From positions 40,556 to 104,555 of IMG/VR virus record IMGVR_UViG_3300017917_002838: a DNA stretch of 64,000 nucleotides. One strand, 5' to 3'. Position numbers and translations under genes: made by a program. Below are positions 55,958 through 64,000 of this stretch, piece after piece. Each line of letters begins with the position of its first letter. Within the stretch, counting starts at the first letter, position 1. This DNA is from a virus. The notes beneath the pieces are model-generated. The model had not been told where the DNA came from. It searched no databases and saw only the letters and a program-made list of their open reading frames with translations.

Positions 55958-57793
55958 TTAAACTGCACCCATTAGAATCATAAATTCATCTGGTAAACCA
56001 ACTAAGTTAATTCCGGTTGCGTATGTAACTGTTCCTGAAAGAGTTACGTTTCTAATTGTTCCTCCAGAAAATGTACCTTGATGAGTCATTGTTCCAGAAA
56101 GTGTTACATCTTTTACTGTTCCACCTGAGACAAATGCTGAGATAACTGTTGCATTTGTTCCGGTAATTGTACCGGAAAGTGTTGCATTAACATATGTTGC
56201 ATTTGTTCCGGTAATTGTACCGGAAAGTGTTGCATTAACATATGTTGCATTAGTTCCAGAAATTGTACCGGAAAGTGTTGCGTATGTAATTGTACCACCA
56301 GAAATAGTACCATTATTTGTAAACGTTCTTCCATTATTTAAAGAAACAGTATCAAATGTTCCTGAAACAGAAGATATTGTTGTTGAAGTAATTGTTCCAT
56401 AAGTAATTGTTGGATATGTTATGTTAGCATTAGTTGCACTAATCATTCCGCTTAATGTTGGACCAACAATTGTTCCACCGGAAATTGTTGGGCCATCTAA
56501 AGTTGTATAATAAGAACTTATTGTACCTGATAATGTTGAGCCAACGATTGTTCCACCAGAAATTGTGCCATTATTGGTAAATGTTTTTCCGGAGTTTAAT
56601 GTAACGCTTCCAAGCGTTCCACTCAATGCTGACAGCGTACCTCCAGAAATAGTTGGAGCATCTAGAGTTCCACCTGATATTACACCTTGATTTGTCATTG
56701 TTCCAGAAAGTGTTACATCTTTTATTGTTCCACCCATAGCACCATCTATTGTGCCATAAAATGAACTTGTTCCGGCAATTGTTGTACTTGAAATAGATCC
56801 ACCAGAAATTGCTGGGCCTACTATAGTTGAACCAGTTGCAGCAATTGTTCCAGAAATTGTTGGACTTGTAAGAGTTTTATTAGTAAGAGTTTGCGATGAT
56901 TGATCGTCTACAAGAAAAACCGACACTCCTGTATAACTTGGGAAAAATATAGATTTACCTACTCCAGTCCATCCTATCGATGGATTTGATTGAGGAAGTT
57001 TAATTGATGGTTCATTTATAGTTGAACCTGAAATAGTTGAACCAATAATTGTTCCACCTGAAATAGTACCTACGCTTATAAGGCCAGAGTTTAAATTTAA
57101 AGTTCCGGATACTGTTGTGTTTGCATTAAGTGTTCCATAAACTCCAGTTGTTCCAGTAATTGTTGAGTTCCATATATATGGATTTCCTGAAATTGTTCCA
57201 CCGGAAATTGTTGCTGAGTTAACTGTTCCTCCGGAAATTGTTGGGGATACAATTGTTGCAGTAGAAGCGCTAATAGTTCCAGAAAATGTTGGGTACGTTA
57301 ATGTTGGATATGTTATTTCTGCTCCATAAGCTCCCAAAATTCCGTTTAATGTTGCGCCTGAAATTGTTTTGTTTGCTAATGTCTGTGATGCAGAATCCAA
57401 TATAACTGTTCCAGAATCATCTGGAAGATATATTATTCTATCTGCTGTAGGGTCTACAACTGTTAATGTTGTTTCCTTAGTATTATCTGTTGCACCTTCA
57501 AAAACAAAAGCATTTTGAACATTTACTTCTGTGCTATTAATTGTTGTTGTTGTGCCTAATACTGTTAGATTTCCGGAAACTGTAAGGGCTTCTGATACAG
57601 TGGTAATTCCAGATGTTCTAGAAAGAGACTCTACGCCACCGGCATAAGACAATGAAGACCAAGCTGCTGAACCATCACCAATTTTAAACTTTCCAGTATC
57701 TGTTTCAAAACCGATTTCACCAGAAGAAAGAACTGGGTTACTAGAGGTCCACTGTGATGCGGTTCCTCTTCTATTCTGTATCTTAATTGTCAT
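55958..57793 (-). CDS. Tail fibre/appendage protein with Mtd N-terminal domain and SGGT beta-repeats
   Basis: IQNRRGTASQW..SNPVL..GEIGFETDTGKFKIGDG; many TISGGT repeats. Confidence 0.8.
   Translation of the reverse strand: MTIKIQNRRGTASQWTSSNPVLSSGEIGFETDTGKFKIGDGSAAWSSLSYAGGVESLSRTSGITTVSEALTVSGNLTVLGTTTTINSTEVNVQNAFVFEGATDNTKETTLTVVDPTADRIIYLPDDSGTVILDSASQTLANKTISGATLNGILGAYGAEITYPTLTYPTFSGTISASTATIVSPTISGGTVNSATISGGTISGNPYIWNSTITGTTGVYGTLNANTTVSGTLNLNSGLISVGTISGGTIIGSTISGSTINEPSIKLPQSNPSIGWTGVGKSIFFPSYTGVSVFLVDDQSSQTLTNKTLTSPTISGTIAATGSTIVGPAISGGSISSTTIAGTSSFYGTIDGAMGGTIKDVTLSGTMTNQGVISGGTLDAPTISGGTLSALSGTLGSVTLNSGKTFTNNGTISGGTIVGSTLSGTISSYYTTLDGPTISGGTIVGPTLSGMISATNANITYPTITYGTITSTTISSVSGTFDTVSLNNGRTFTNNGTISGGTITYATLSGTISGTNATYVNATLSGTITGTNATYVNATLSGTITGTNATVISAFVSGGTVKDVTLSGTMTHQGTFSGGTIRNVTLSGTVTYATGINLVGLPDEFMILMGAV
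56148..56282. repeat. 48-bp tandem repeat (2 perfect copies plus 1 partial degenerate copy)
   Basis: Unit gcatttgttccggtaattgtaccggaaagtgttgcattaacatatgtt; encodes TYVNATLSGTITGTNA. Confidence 0.9.
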
Positions 57794-57842
57794 TTTTAGT
57801 GTCTCCTAAAATTTATAAATTTATTATAGCATGTACTGATTA

Positions 57843-60800
57843 TCAACTCAAGGCACCGGCATCCATGGTAAAGCTAAATGATGAGGTATTTGGTGCTCCT
57901 CCATCAACTATTGAGTCAAATGATGTGGTTGACGGGCTTCCAGCCTCTACTGAAGCCGAAGACATAACAAACCATATTCCACCATAAGCTACATTTAAGG
58001 TGAAATTTTCATAATTAAAATAAATTTGTCCGTCTGCCGGATTACTTGGATCTTGATTTGTTACTGCTACAAATGGGTTTGCCCAAGATGCCGAACTTCC
58101 ATTTGTAGTTAAATATTTTCCAGAATTTCCACTCTGGGTAGGCAGTGCGTCTACTGATTGCCAAGAAACATCCAAACCGTCTGTAGTTAAATACTTTCCG
58201 TTATTTCCACTTTGGGTTGGATATACCGCTTTTCCATCTAATTGTGTTTGAATATTAGATTGGGCTCCATCAAGGTAGCTTATTTCTGTAGCAGATATTG
58301 TCTTAGATGAGGCAACAATAGTTGGATCTGTAAAAGTACCACCAGAAACTGTTGCATTATTTATAGTTGAACCAGATAAAGTTGAACTTAAAATATTTGT
58401 ATTGTTTAATGTTCCGCCAGAAATAGTTTTGTTTAAAAGTGTTTGATTTGATTCAGTATCTGCAATATAAATTGAAGATCCTGTATAACTTGGGAAAAAT
58501 ATAGATTTGCCTACTCCGGTCCACCCTATTGATGGATTTGTTTGAGAAAGTTTGATTGATGGCTCATTTATTGTTCCACCTGAAATAGTTTTATTTGATA
58601 GTGTCTGAGTATCAGTTGTACCAACAATGTCTCCGGAAACTCCGTGTGTAGATAAATCATTAATATGATTTGTTAAATCTGTAGATGTTGCTTTATCATT
58701 TAATTGTGTCTGAATGCTAGATGTAACACCGTCTACATAATTTAATTCAGTTGTAGTAAGAGTTGCACCGTCAAGGATATTTATTTCCGATGCTGATGCT
58801 GTTACACCATCTAAAATATTAAGTTCAGCTGTACTTGCAGTAATTCCGTCTAAAGTATTTAGTTCAGATGTTGAAAGTGTTGCTCCGTCTAGAATATTTA
58901 ATTCAGAGGCAGATACTGTAGCCCCAGTAAGAATATTTAGTTCTGTAGTTGAGGAAGTAATTCCATCTAGTGTATTTAATTCTGCAGTAGATGCTGTAAT
59001 TCCGTCTAATGTATTTAATTCAGAGGCGCTTGCAGTCAAATCTGAGACATTTGCAACTTGAACTGTAATTGTATTATCTGAATAAGAAATTGTCTTATTG
59101 CTAAGTGTTTGTGCTGTTGTTTTATCTACTGTTGTTGCAGTATCTATATTGAATTGTGAACCACTTAAAGTTAATCCGGTTCCTGCTGTATATGTTCCAG
59201 CACCAGAAAACTGTGTAAACTCAATATTATCTGAACCAATTGTTGAAACAATATTTGTTTGAACCCATCCAGTTTTTCCATTTATTGAACCTAATTGTAC
59301 AAATACAAAGTCTCCGGCATCTATTTCTGTAATGCTGTTGTAGTCTGATGCACGAGTAGGTGCGCCTGTTGCTTCAACAATATAAATGCCATTTTCAGAT
59401 TTTGTTGACTGATTCTTGATAAGAATTCTATCACCTGTTACAAGTGTGATTCCATCAATTACGTCTCCGTTTTCAAAATCAGATGCTAATGTTTTGCTTT
59501 CAGTTGTAGCTACTCGAACTGCATCGTGAACATTTAATCCTGTTGTAGCTGCATCTACATAAGCTTTTGTTGCTGCATGTAGATCATTTTCTGGGGTTGC
59601 TGATAGAGTTAGGAAACCTGTCATGGTTCCACCGGCTAAATCTAATTTATCATCTAATGCATTTTGAGTTGCTGTTGAAATTGGTTTATCTGCATCAGAA
59701 GTATTATCTACATCTGAAAGTCCTACATCAGATTTTGTAAGACCTGTTGGGTTATCGATATGTGGAGAGGTAAGAGTCTTATTTGTAAGAGTTTCTGCTC
59801 CGTCAATTGTTGCAAAATCTCCATCTGATAAAGCTGTATTAAATTCAGCTACTGTACCAGATAGATTATTATCAGCTAAATCAATTTCTTTATTTGTTAA
59901 AATTTGAGATGTGTTTAGATCAACTGTTGCATTTGTATCAATTGATATGGAACCAGAATTTGAATCATAAGATATACCATTCCCGGCAGAAATTGAATCA
60001 CGTGCACGTTGTTCTGTAAAATATTTATTTGTAGGGGTTAATGTTTCTTGAACATCATCTGTATTCAAAGTTACACTTGATCCAAGTGCTATTGAATATC
60101 CATTTACAGTAATAGAGTCATTATCTAATGCATTATTTGGTATATTTTGAAGAGTATTATCTCCGCCATTAATTGTTTTATTAGTTAAAGTCTGTATGTC
60201 TGAAGTGCCAACAACATTTCCGTTAATCCCGTGAACATTTGAAGAATATCCATCGTGTGTCGAAACTTCAGAAGATGCTGATCCAGCTGCATCATACCAT
60301 GTATCAACTGTATCTCTATCTACAACAATTTGACCAGAAATAATTTCAAGACCTGTGCCTAAGTCAGCTGAAATATCTCCTGTAGCGCCTAATGTAATTC
60401 CGTCTCCGCCATTTAGTGAATCCCAAACACGCTGTTCTGTAAAATACTTATTTGTTGTACCCTCATCAAGATCGTCTGTTGTTGAGTCGGCAACTCCATT
60501 TTCTGCTGTTATTGTTAGTTGACGATTTGCCTCATCGTAAGAAATTGAAATATTTGACTGTGTTGAATTTTCAAGAATATAACCTGCGGCATCTTTTGCT
60601 CTATTATCAGTATAATATTTATTTGTTGTGCCCTCATCAATATTATCAGTACTATATGATGCAGCTGAACCCAAATGGATCTCGTAACCATTGATTGTTA
60701 CTGAATTATTTTCTAATTTATTATTTTGAATAGAACCAGCAAGCATTGCATTTGTAACTGTACCCAAATCTGCTGCTGTTATTGCAGTTCCAGAAATTTT

Positions 60801-61538
60801 TCCTTTATCTATTTCTGCAGAAGAACTAATATCAGCATTAACAATTGTTCCATTTGCAATTTTTTCAGATGTTACTGCACCATTATTAATTTTATCTGTA
60901 GTAACAGCAGAATTTACTATTTTATCTGTTGAAACAGTATTATCTGTAGGAGTTCTTGTATCAGAAAGTCTTGAATCATTTGTATATACAAGATTTGCTG
61001 TATTAGAAATTCCATGAATATTTGTTGTATCATTTTCATGGTTTGAAAGATTTGTGGCTACACTTGTAAAAAATGATGGATCATCATTTACTGCAGCTGC
61101 TAATTCATTTAGTGTATCTAGAAGTCCTGGAGCCCCATCAACTAAATTTGTTACCGCTGTAGTAATATCTGATGTAAGAGCTATTGTTCCTGAGTTGTCA
61201 GGTAAATTAATTGTTCTATCTGCGGTTGGATTTACGGCTAAAGTAACTTCATAATTATTAGTTGTTAAACCTGGAATTATTAAATTACCGTCGGCATCTA
61301 AAGTTGCAACACCATCTTCTACGCCTTTTTCGGCAAGTGGTATGAAGTCTCCTAATGAGTTTTCTAAGCCTTCTGGAGTAACGTTGGCATATTTAGTGAT
61401 GCTATTCCAATTTGAACCATTACCAATTTTAAATTTTAGGGTATCTGTTTCAATACCAATTTCTCCTGAAGAAAGGATTGGGTTATTACTGATCCAATTT
61501 GTAGATGTATCTCGCCTAAGCTGAATTTTAGTTGCCAA
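57843..61538 (-). CDS. Long tail fibre/appendage protein with Mtd N-terminal domain
   Basis: IQLRRDT...NPIL..GEIGIETDT.KFKIG; QTLTNKT, AATKAYVD, GDRILIKNQ..ENGIY, ELNxLDG repeats. Confidence 0.85.
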   Translation of the reverse strand: MATKIQLRRDTSTNWISNNPILSSGEIGIETDTLKFKIGNGSNWNSITKYANVTPEGLENSLGDFIPLAEKGVEDGVATLDADGNLIIPGLTTNNYEVTLAVNPTADRTINLPDNSGTIALTSDITTAVTNLVDGAPGLLDTLNELAAAVNDDPSFFTSVATNLSNHENDTTNIHGISNTANLVYTNDSRLSDTRTPTDNTVSTDKIVNSAVTTDKINNGAVTSEKIANGTIVNADISSSAEIDKGKISGTAITAADLGTVTNAMLAGSIQNNKLENNSVTINGYEIHLGSAASYSTDNIDEGTTNKYYTDNRAKDAAGYILENSTQSNISISYDEANRQLTITAENGVADSTTDDLDEGTTNKYFTEQRVWDSLNGGDGITLGATGDISADLGTGLEIISGQIVVDRDTVDTWYDAAGSASSEVSTHDGYSSNVHGINGNVVGTSDIQTLTNKTINGGDNTLQNIPNNALDNDSITVNGYSIALGSSVTLNTDDVQETLTPTNKYFTEQRARDSISAGNGISYDSNSGSISIDTNATVDLNTSQILTNKEIDLADNNLSGTVAEFNTALSDGDFATIDGAETLTNKTLTSPHIDNPTGLTKSDVGLSDVDNTSDADKPISTATQNALDDKLDLAGGTMTGFLTLSATPENDLHAATKAYVDAATTGLNVHDAVRVATTESKTLASDFENGDVIDGITLVTGDRILIKNQSTKSENGIYIVEATGAPTRASDYNSITEIDAGDFVFVQLGSINGKTGWVQTNIVSTIGSDNIEFTQFSGAGTYTAGTGLTLSGSQFNIDTATTVDKTTAQTLSNKTISYSDNTITVQVANVSDLTASASELNTLDGITASTAELNTLDGITSSTTELNILTGATVSASELNILDGATLSTSELNTLDGITASTAELNILDGVTASASEINILDGATLTTTELNYVDGVTSSIQTQLNDKATSTDLTNHINDLSTHGVSGDIVGTTDTQTLSNKTISGGTINEPSIKLSQTNPSIGWTGVGKSIFFPSYTGSSIYIADTESNQTLLNKTISGGTLNNTNILSSTLSGSTINNATVSGGTFTDPTIVASSKTISATEISYLDGAQSNIQTQLDGKAVYPTQSGNNGKYLTTDGLDVSWQSVDALPTQSGNSGKYLTTNGSSASWANPFVAVTNQDPSNPADGQIYFNYENFTLNVAYGGIWFVMSSASVEAGSPSTTSFDSIVDGGAPNTSSFSFTMDAGALS
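58716..59027 (-). repeat. Eight tandem 13-aa (39-bp) ELNxLDG repeats
   Basis: ASELNTLDGITAS / TAELNTLDGITSS / ... / TTELNYVDGVTSS. Confidence 0.85.
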
Positions 61539-61581
61539 TTTATTTCCTCCGGAACAATATAATTATACTATTATTTTTATT

Positions 61582-61971
61582 CTATGGGTAATAGTTGCCT
61601 ATAAATGTTTCGGTAGAAGATCCACCCCCATCTAGAACCAAATCAAAATCGGTAGTGCTTGAATCTCCACCGTTCACAATATCTGTATCTGCCTTATAGG
61701 CAAATTCTCTCCAAATATTGTTATAAGCTAACGCCATTCTATCTGCAGTTGTATTGTATGCTAGTTGTCCATTAGATGGTAAATTTTGATAAGATGAAAC
61801 AATATCTACTCCTGTAGAATTTGTTGATCCAGCTAAATCAATCCATCCTGAATTAGTATAAACTTTTACAGTACCACTGGTTGAGTTAAAATATAACGAA
61901 CCGTTTTCTCCACCGGAAGGATCTGATGAAAGAGATGGTAGTGTTATGGGCGATAAGAACTTCTTAGCCAC
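61582..61971 (-). CDS. Small fibre-associated protein
   Basis: Two G.L.(Y/F)N...W modules, C-terminal DGG motifs. Confidence 0.65.
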   Translation of the reverse strand: MAKKFLSPITLPSLSSDPSGGENGSLYFNSTSGTVKVYTNSGWIDLAGSTNSTGVDIVSSYQNLPSNGQLAYNTTADRMALAYNNIWREFAYKADTDIVNGGDSSTTDFDLVLDGGGSSTETFIGNYYP

Positions 61972-61973
61972 TA

Positions 61974-64000
61974 TTAACCTATAACTACAACTCTATACTG
62001 ATCAGTTGTTGGAGCAACAGCAAATCTTATTGTTGCTGCATTTGTAGTAGTGTGTTCAACATCTGCTTCTACTTGAGCATATGGAGAAGCGTTATCAAAT
62101 ATTTGAACTGTAACGTCTCTAGTGCCAAGATTATGAGAAATTGTGAATGATGTTGCAGCATTATCTCCAATGCTTTCTGAATGCTTTCTTACTCCGTATC
62201 CTGTAGAAAATTCAAGAGCTCCAGAAGTAATATCAAATCCGGTTCCTGCATTTATTGCTACATTACCAGAGCCATCAAACTCAATTCCGTTTCCAGTCTT
62301 TACATATACGCCATCTCCGTCAATTGCAAGACCTCTGGTATTATCAACAATTGCGTTGATTTGATTTCCATCAACCTGAATTGAATCAGATCCAATATAT
62401 GTACCTTGTCCTGAGAATTGAACCCAGTCTTGTCCAGCAAAACTTGTTAAGTAGTGACCTGCTTGAACCCACGAAGTTGCCCCATATTGATTGCCTTCCA
62501 TAACGAAGACTGCAGCACCTTCTAGCTCAGTATATACATCTGCATCTACTGCACGTGTTAAGGTCCATGAAGTTCCAGACTGATTATACACATAAATACC
62601 AGCATCATTGCCATTTGTAACAAGGATACGGTATCCGACATCTGCTGCTCCTAGAGCTGCATGTCCATCAATTACCAAAGGAGATGCTACCGAGTCTCCA
62701 GAAAGTGTTGGTGTAGCATCATCATAAAGAAGATGTACTGCTTGCTTCCAGCTTAATCCAGAAGAAGCTGCCTGAATATCTGAAATCTTAGCAATTTCGT
62801 TTCCAGCAGTAGCTGAAGATCCATAGTATGCTTTTGCTGTTGCATCTGGAAGAATTTCAATATTCTTAGATGTACCATTAATATGAATTTGAGAAGCATT
62901 ATTAGAATCAGAAATTGTTAAGTTTCCACCAGCTGAACCTAGTCCATAAACATGTTGAGTAAACGTGTTTCCATTTACTTCAAGGTTGGAGTTTATAACT
63001 ACTTGTCCATCTGGATTTAGTGTAATATCACCATTTGTAGAAGTAATATCTAAATTAGATGTATAAGCTTTGATTTCAAAATGTTCGTTAGTATCATTAA
63101 CAACAATTCCGCCATCTACCGCATATGTAGATGGATTTGTAAATGTAAGCTCATCACCAATATTTTTATTTGTTAGTGTTGCAGAACCTGCTTCTGTTAC
63201 AATCTTATTGCCTTGAGAAGCAGAACCAATATAAGCACTTCCGTCTGGATTAAGAACTAAATTATTCCAGGCTGCTACTTGTAGGTCGTCATTCACATCT
63301 GTATAAATATTTGATGTATTAGAACCGTTAGCATCGCTTAAATTAAGCTGTCCATTTATAGAAACTGTATCTGTTGTTGCATTTGCATTAAATACATTTG
63401 CTGTAGATCCAACTGCAAATGTATCTGTTACTACAACATCATCTGGAAGACCTACTGTTATATTTCCAGAACCATCATCTGAAACTGTAACTTCATCAGT
63501 AGTTCCAGAAACTGATTGAACAACAGCATTTGATTCTAGATCTCCAATTGTCGCAATACGATTATTTGGAGATACATTAGATCCAATATATGCTGTTCCA
63601 TCTGGATTAAGTACAATGTCGCCATTGACTGTTGTCAAGTTAATATCTTGATTTGCAGATAAGTTTAAATTATTTGAAGAAGCAACAATTTCAAGGTTAG
63701 TGGATCCATCATCATGAATGTATCCAACATTTCCTCCGCCATCATTGAAATGAAGATTGTCTGAAATTGTTTTATTTGAAAGTGTTTGTGTGTCTGATGT
63801 TCCAACAACATCTCCGGTTACGCCATGAACGCCAGTTGTAAGATTGTTATGTGTTGAAATTAAATCGGAAACATCTGATTCATTAAGTGTTCCTTGTACC
63901 CAAGCAGTACCGTTATCTATATAAAGTACTTTTGCTTGTGTGTCTACATAAAGCAGTCCTTCTTTTGAAGATGCTGGCCGACTTGCGGTATTACCAAACT
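61974..64000 (-). CDS. Tail fibre/appendage protein, partial (frame open to window end)
   Basis: Frame stays open upstream of 63638 to 63998; GDI.LNPDG repeats, WKQAV, ISHNLGTRDV.VQ C-terminus. Confidence 0.8.
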   Translation of the reverse strand, partial: FGNTASRPASSKEGLLYVDTQAKVLYIDNGTAWVQGTLNESDVSDLISTHNNLTTGVHGVTGDVVGTSDTQTLSNKTISDNLHFNDGGGNVGYIHDDGSTNLEIVASSNNLNLSANQDINLTTVNGDIVLNPDGTAYIGSNVSPNNRIATIGDLESNAVVQSVSGTTDEVTVSDDGSGNITVGLPDDVVVTDTFAVGSTANVFNANATTDTVSINGQLNLSDANGSNTSNIYTDVNDDLQVAAWNNLVLNPDGSAYIGSASQGNKIVTEAGSATLTNKNIGDELTFTNPSTYAVDGGIVVNDTNEHFEIKAYTSNLDITSTNGDITLNPDGQVVINSNLEVNGNTFTQHVYGLGSAGGNLTISDSNNASQIHINGTSKNIEILPDATAKAYYGSSATAGNEIAKISDIQAASSGLSWKQAVHLLYDDATPTLSGDSVASPLVIDGHAALGAADVGYRILVTNGNDAGIYVYNQSGTSWTLTRAVDADVYTELEGAAVFVMEGNQYGATSWVQAGHYLTSFAGQDWVQFSGQGTYIGSDSIQVDGNQINAIVDNTRGLAIDGDGVYVKTGNGIEFDGSGNVAINAGTGFDITSGALEFSTGYGVRKHSESIGDNAATSFTISHNLGTRDVTVQIFDNASPYAQVEADVEHTTTNAATIRFAVAPTTDQYRVVVIG

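Noticed and set aside
56148-56282. CRISPR-like array
   Set aside because: The repeats are head-to-tail with no spacers and are in frame within a fibre gene.
55958-61538. Diversity-generating retroelement (Mtd-N domains plus a near-identical repeat pair)
   Set aside because: Mismatches between 56927-57038 and 58479-58590 are not adenine-specific and are mostly synonymous. Both copies are mid-gene, and there is no reverse transcriptase in the window.
264-62384. Plus-strand ORFs and alternate-frame minus-strand ORFs in the track
   Set aside because: They are shadows of well-supported minus-strand genes and show no recognisable motifs.
1-64000. Stop-codon reassignment
   Set aside because: Standard code 11 gives full-length, densely packed genes; TAA, TAG and TGA are all used as stops; no suppressor tRNA was seen.
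1-64000. Prophage boundary, integrase or host chromosomal DNA
   Set aside because: No integrase, att-like junction or host housekeeping operon was seen; dnaE, recA and dps sit within continuous phage-type operons.

Overview
This window is a 64-kb piece of a large, AT-rich, tailed dsDNA phage (siphovirus-type). Essentially every credible gene is on the minus strand. In transcription order (64000 to 1) it holds: Mtd-N-type tail fibre/appendage genes, two glycosyltransferases, a LamG lectin protein, and the head module (portal, protease-scaffold, major capsid). Next come neck and tail genes (major tail protein, a -1 frameshifted tail assembly chaperone, a 2574-aa tape measure protein, minor tail proteins). 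A full replication/recombination block follows (metallophosphoesterase, DnaB, primase, SSB, DnaE, MazG-like, RecA, resolvase-like, Cas4-like, RuvC). The left end has a GT32 plus two FkbM methyltransferases, a terminase displaced far from the portal, three tightly packed tRNAs (CAT/Ile2-like, Glu-TTC, Arg-TCT), Dps, a CHAP endolysin, Hsp20 and two signal-peptide surface proteins. Gene content, sigma70-type promoters with leaderless mRNAs and the tRNA sequences suggest an actinobacterial (possibly freshwater) host; this is inference. The most striking observation is that the tape measure protein appears to be a modular cargo carrier. It contains an R-S-E type ADP-ribosyltransferase domain and possible His-Me-finger nuclease-like segments, bracketed by repeated xxGG linker motifs. 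Other highlights are a ROSE-like RNA thermometer ahead of hsp20, a candidate virion/surface glycosylation set, and a nested scaffold start. All family calls come from reading motifs by eye; no database searches were run.
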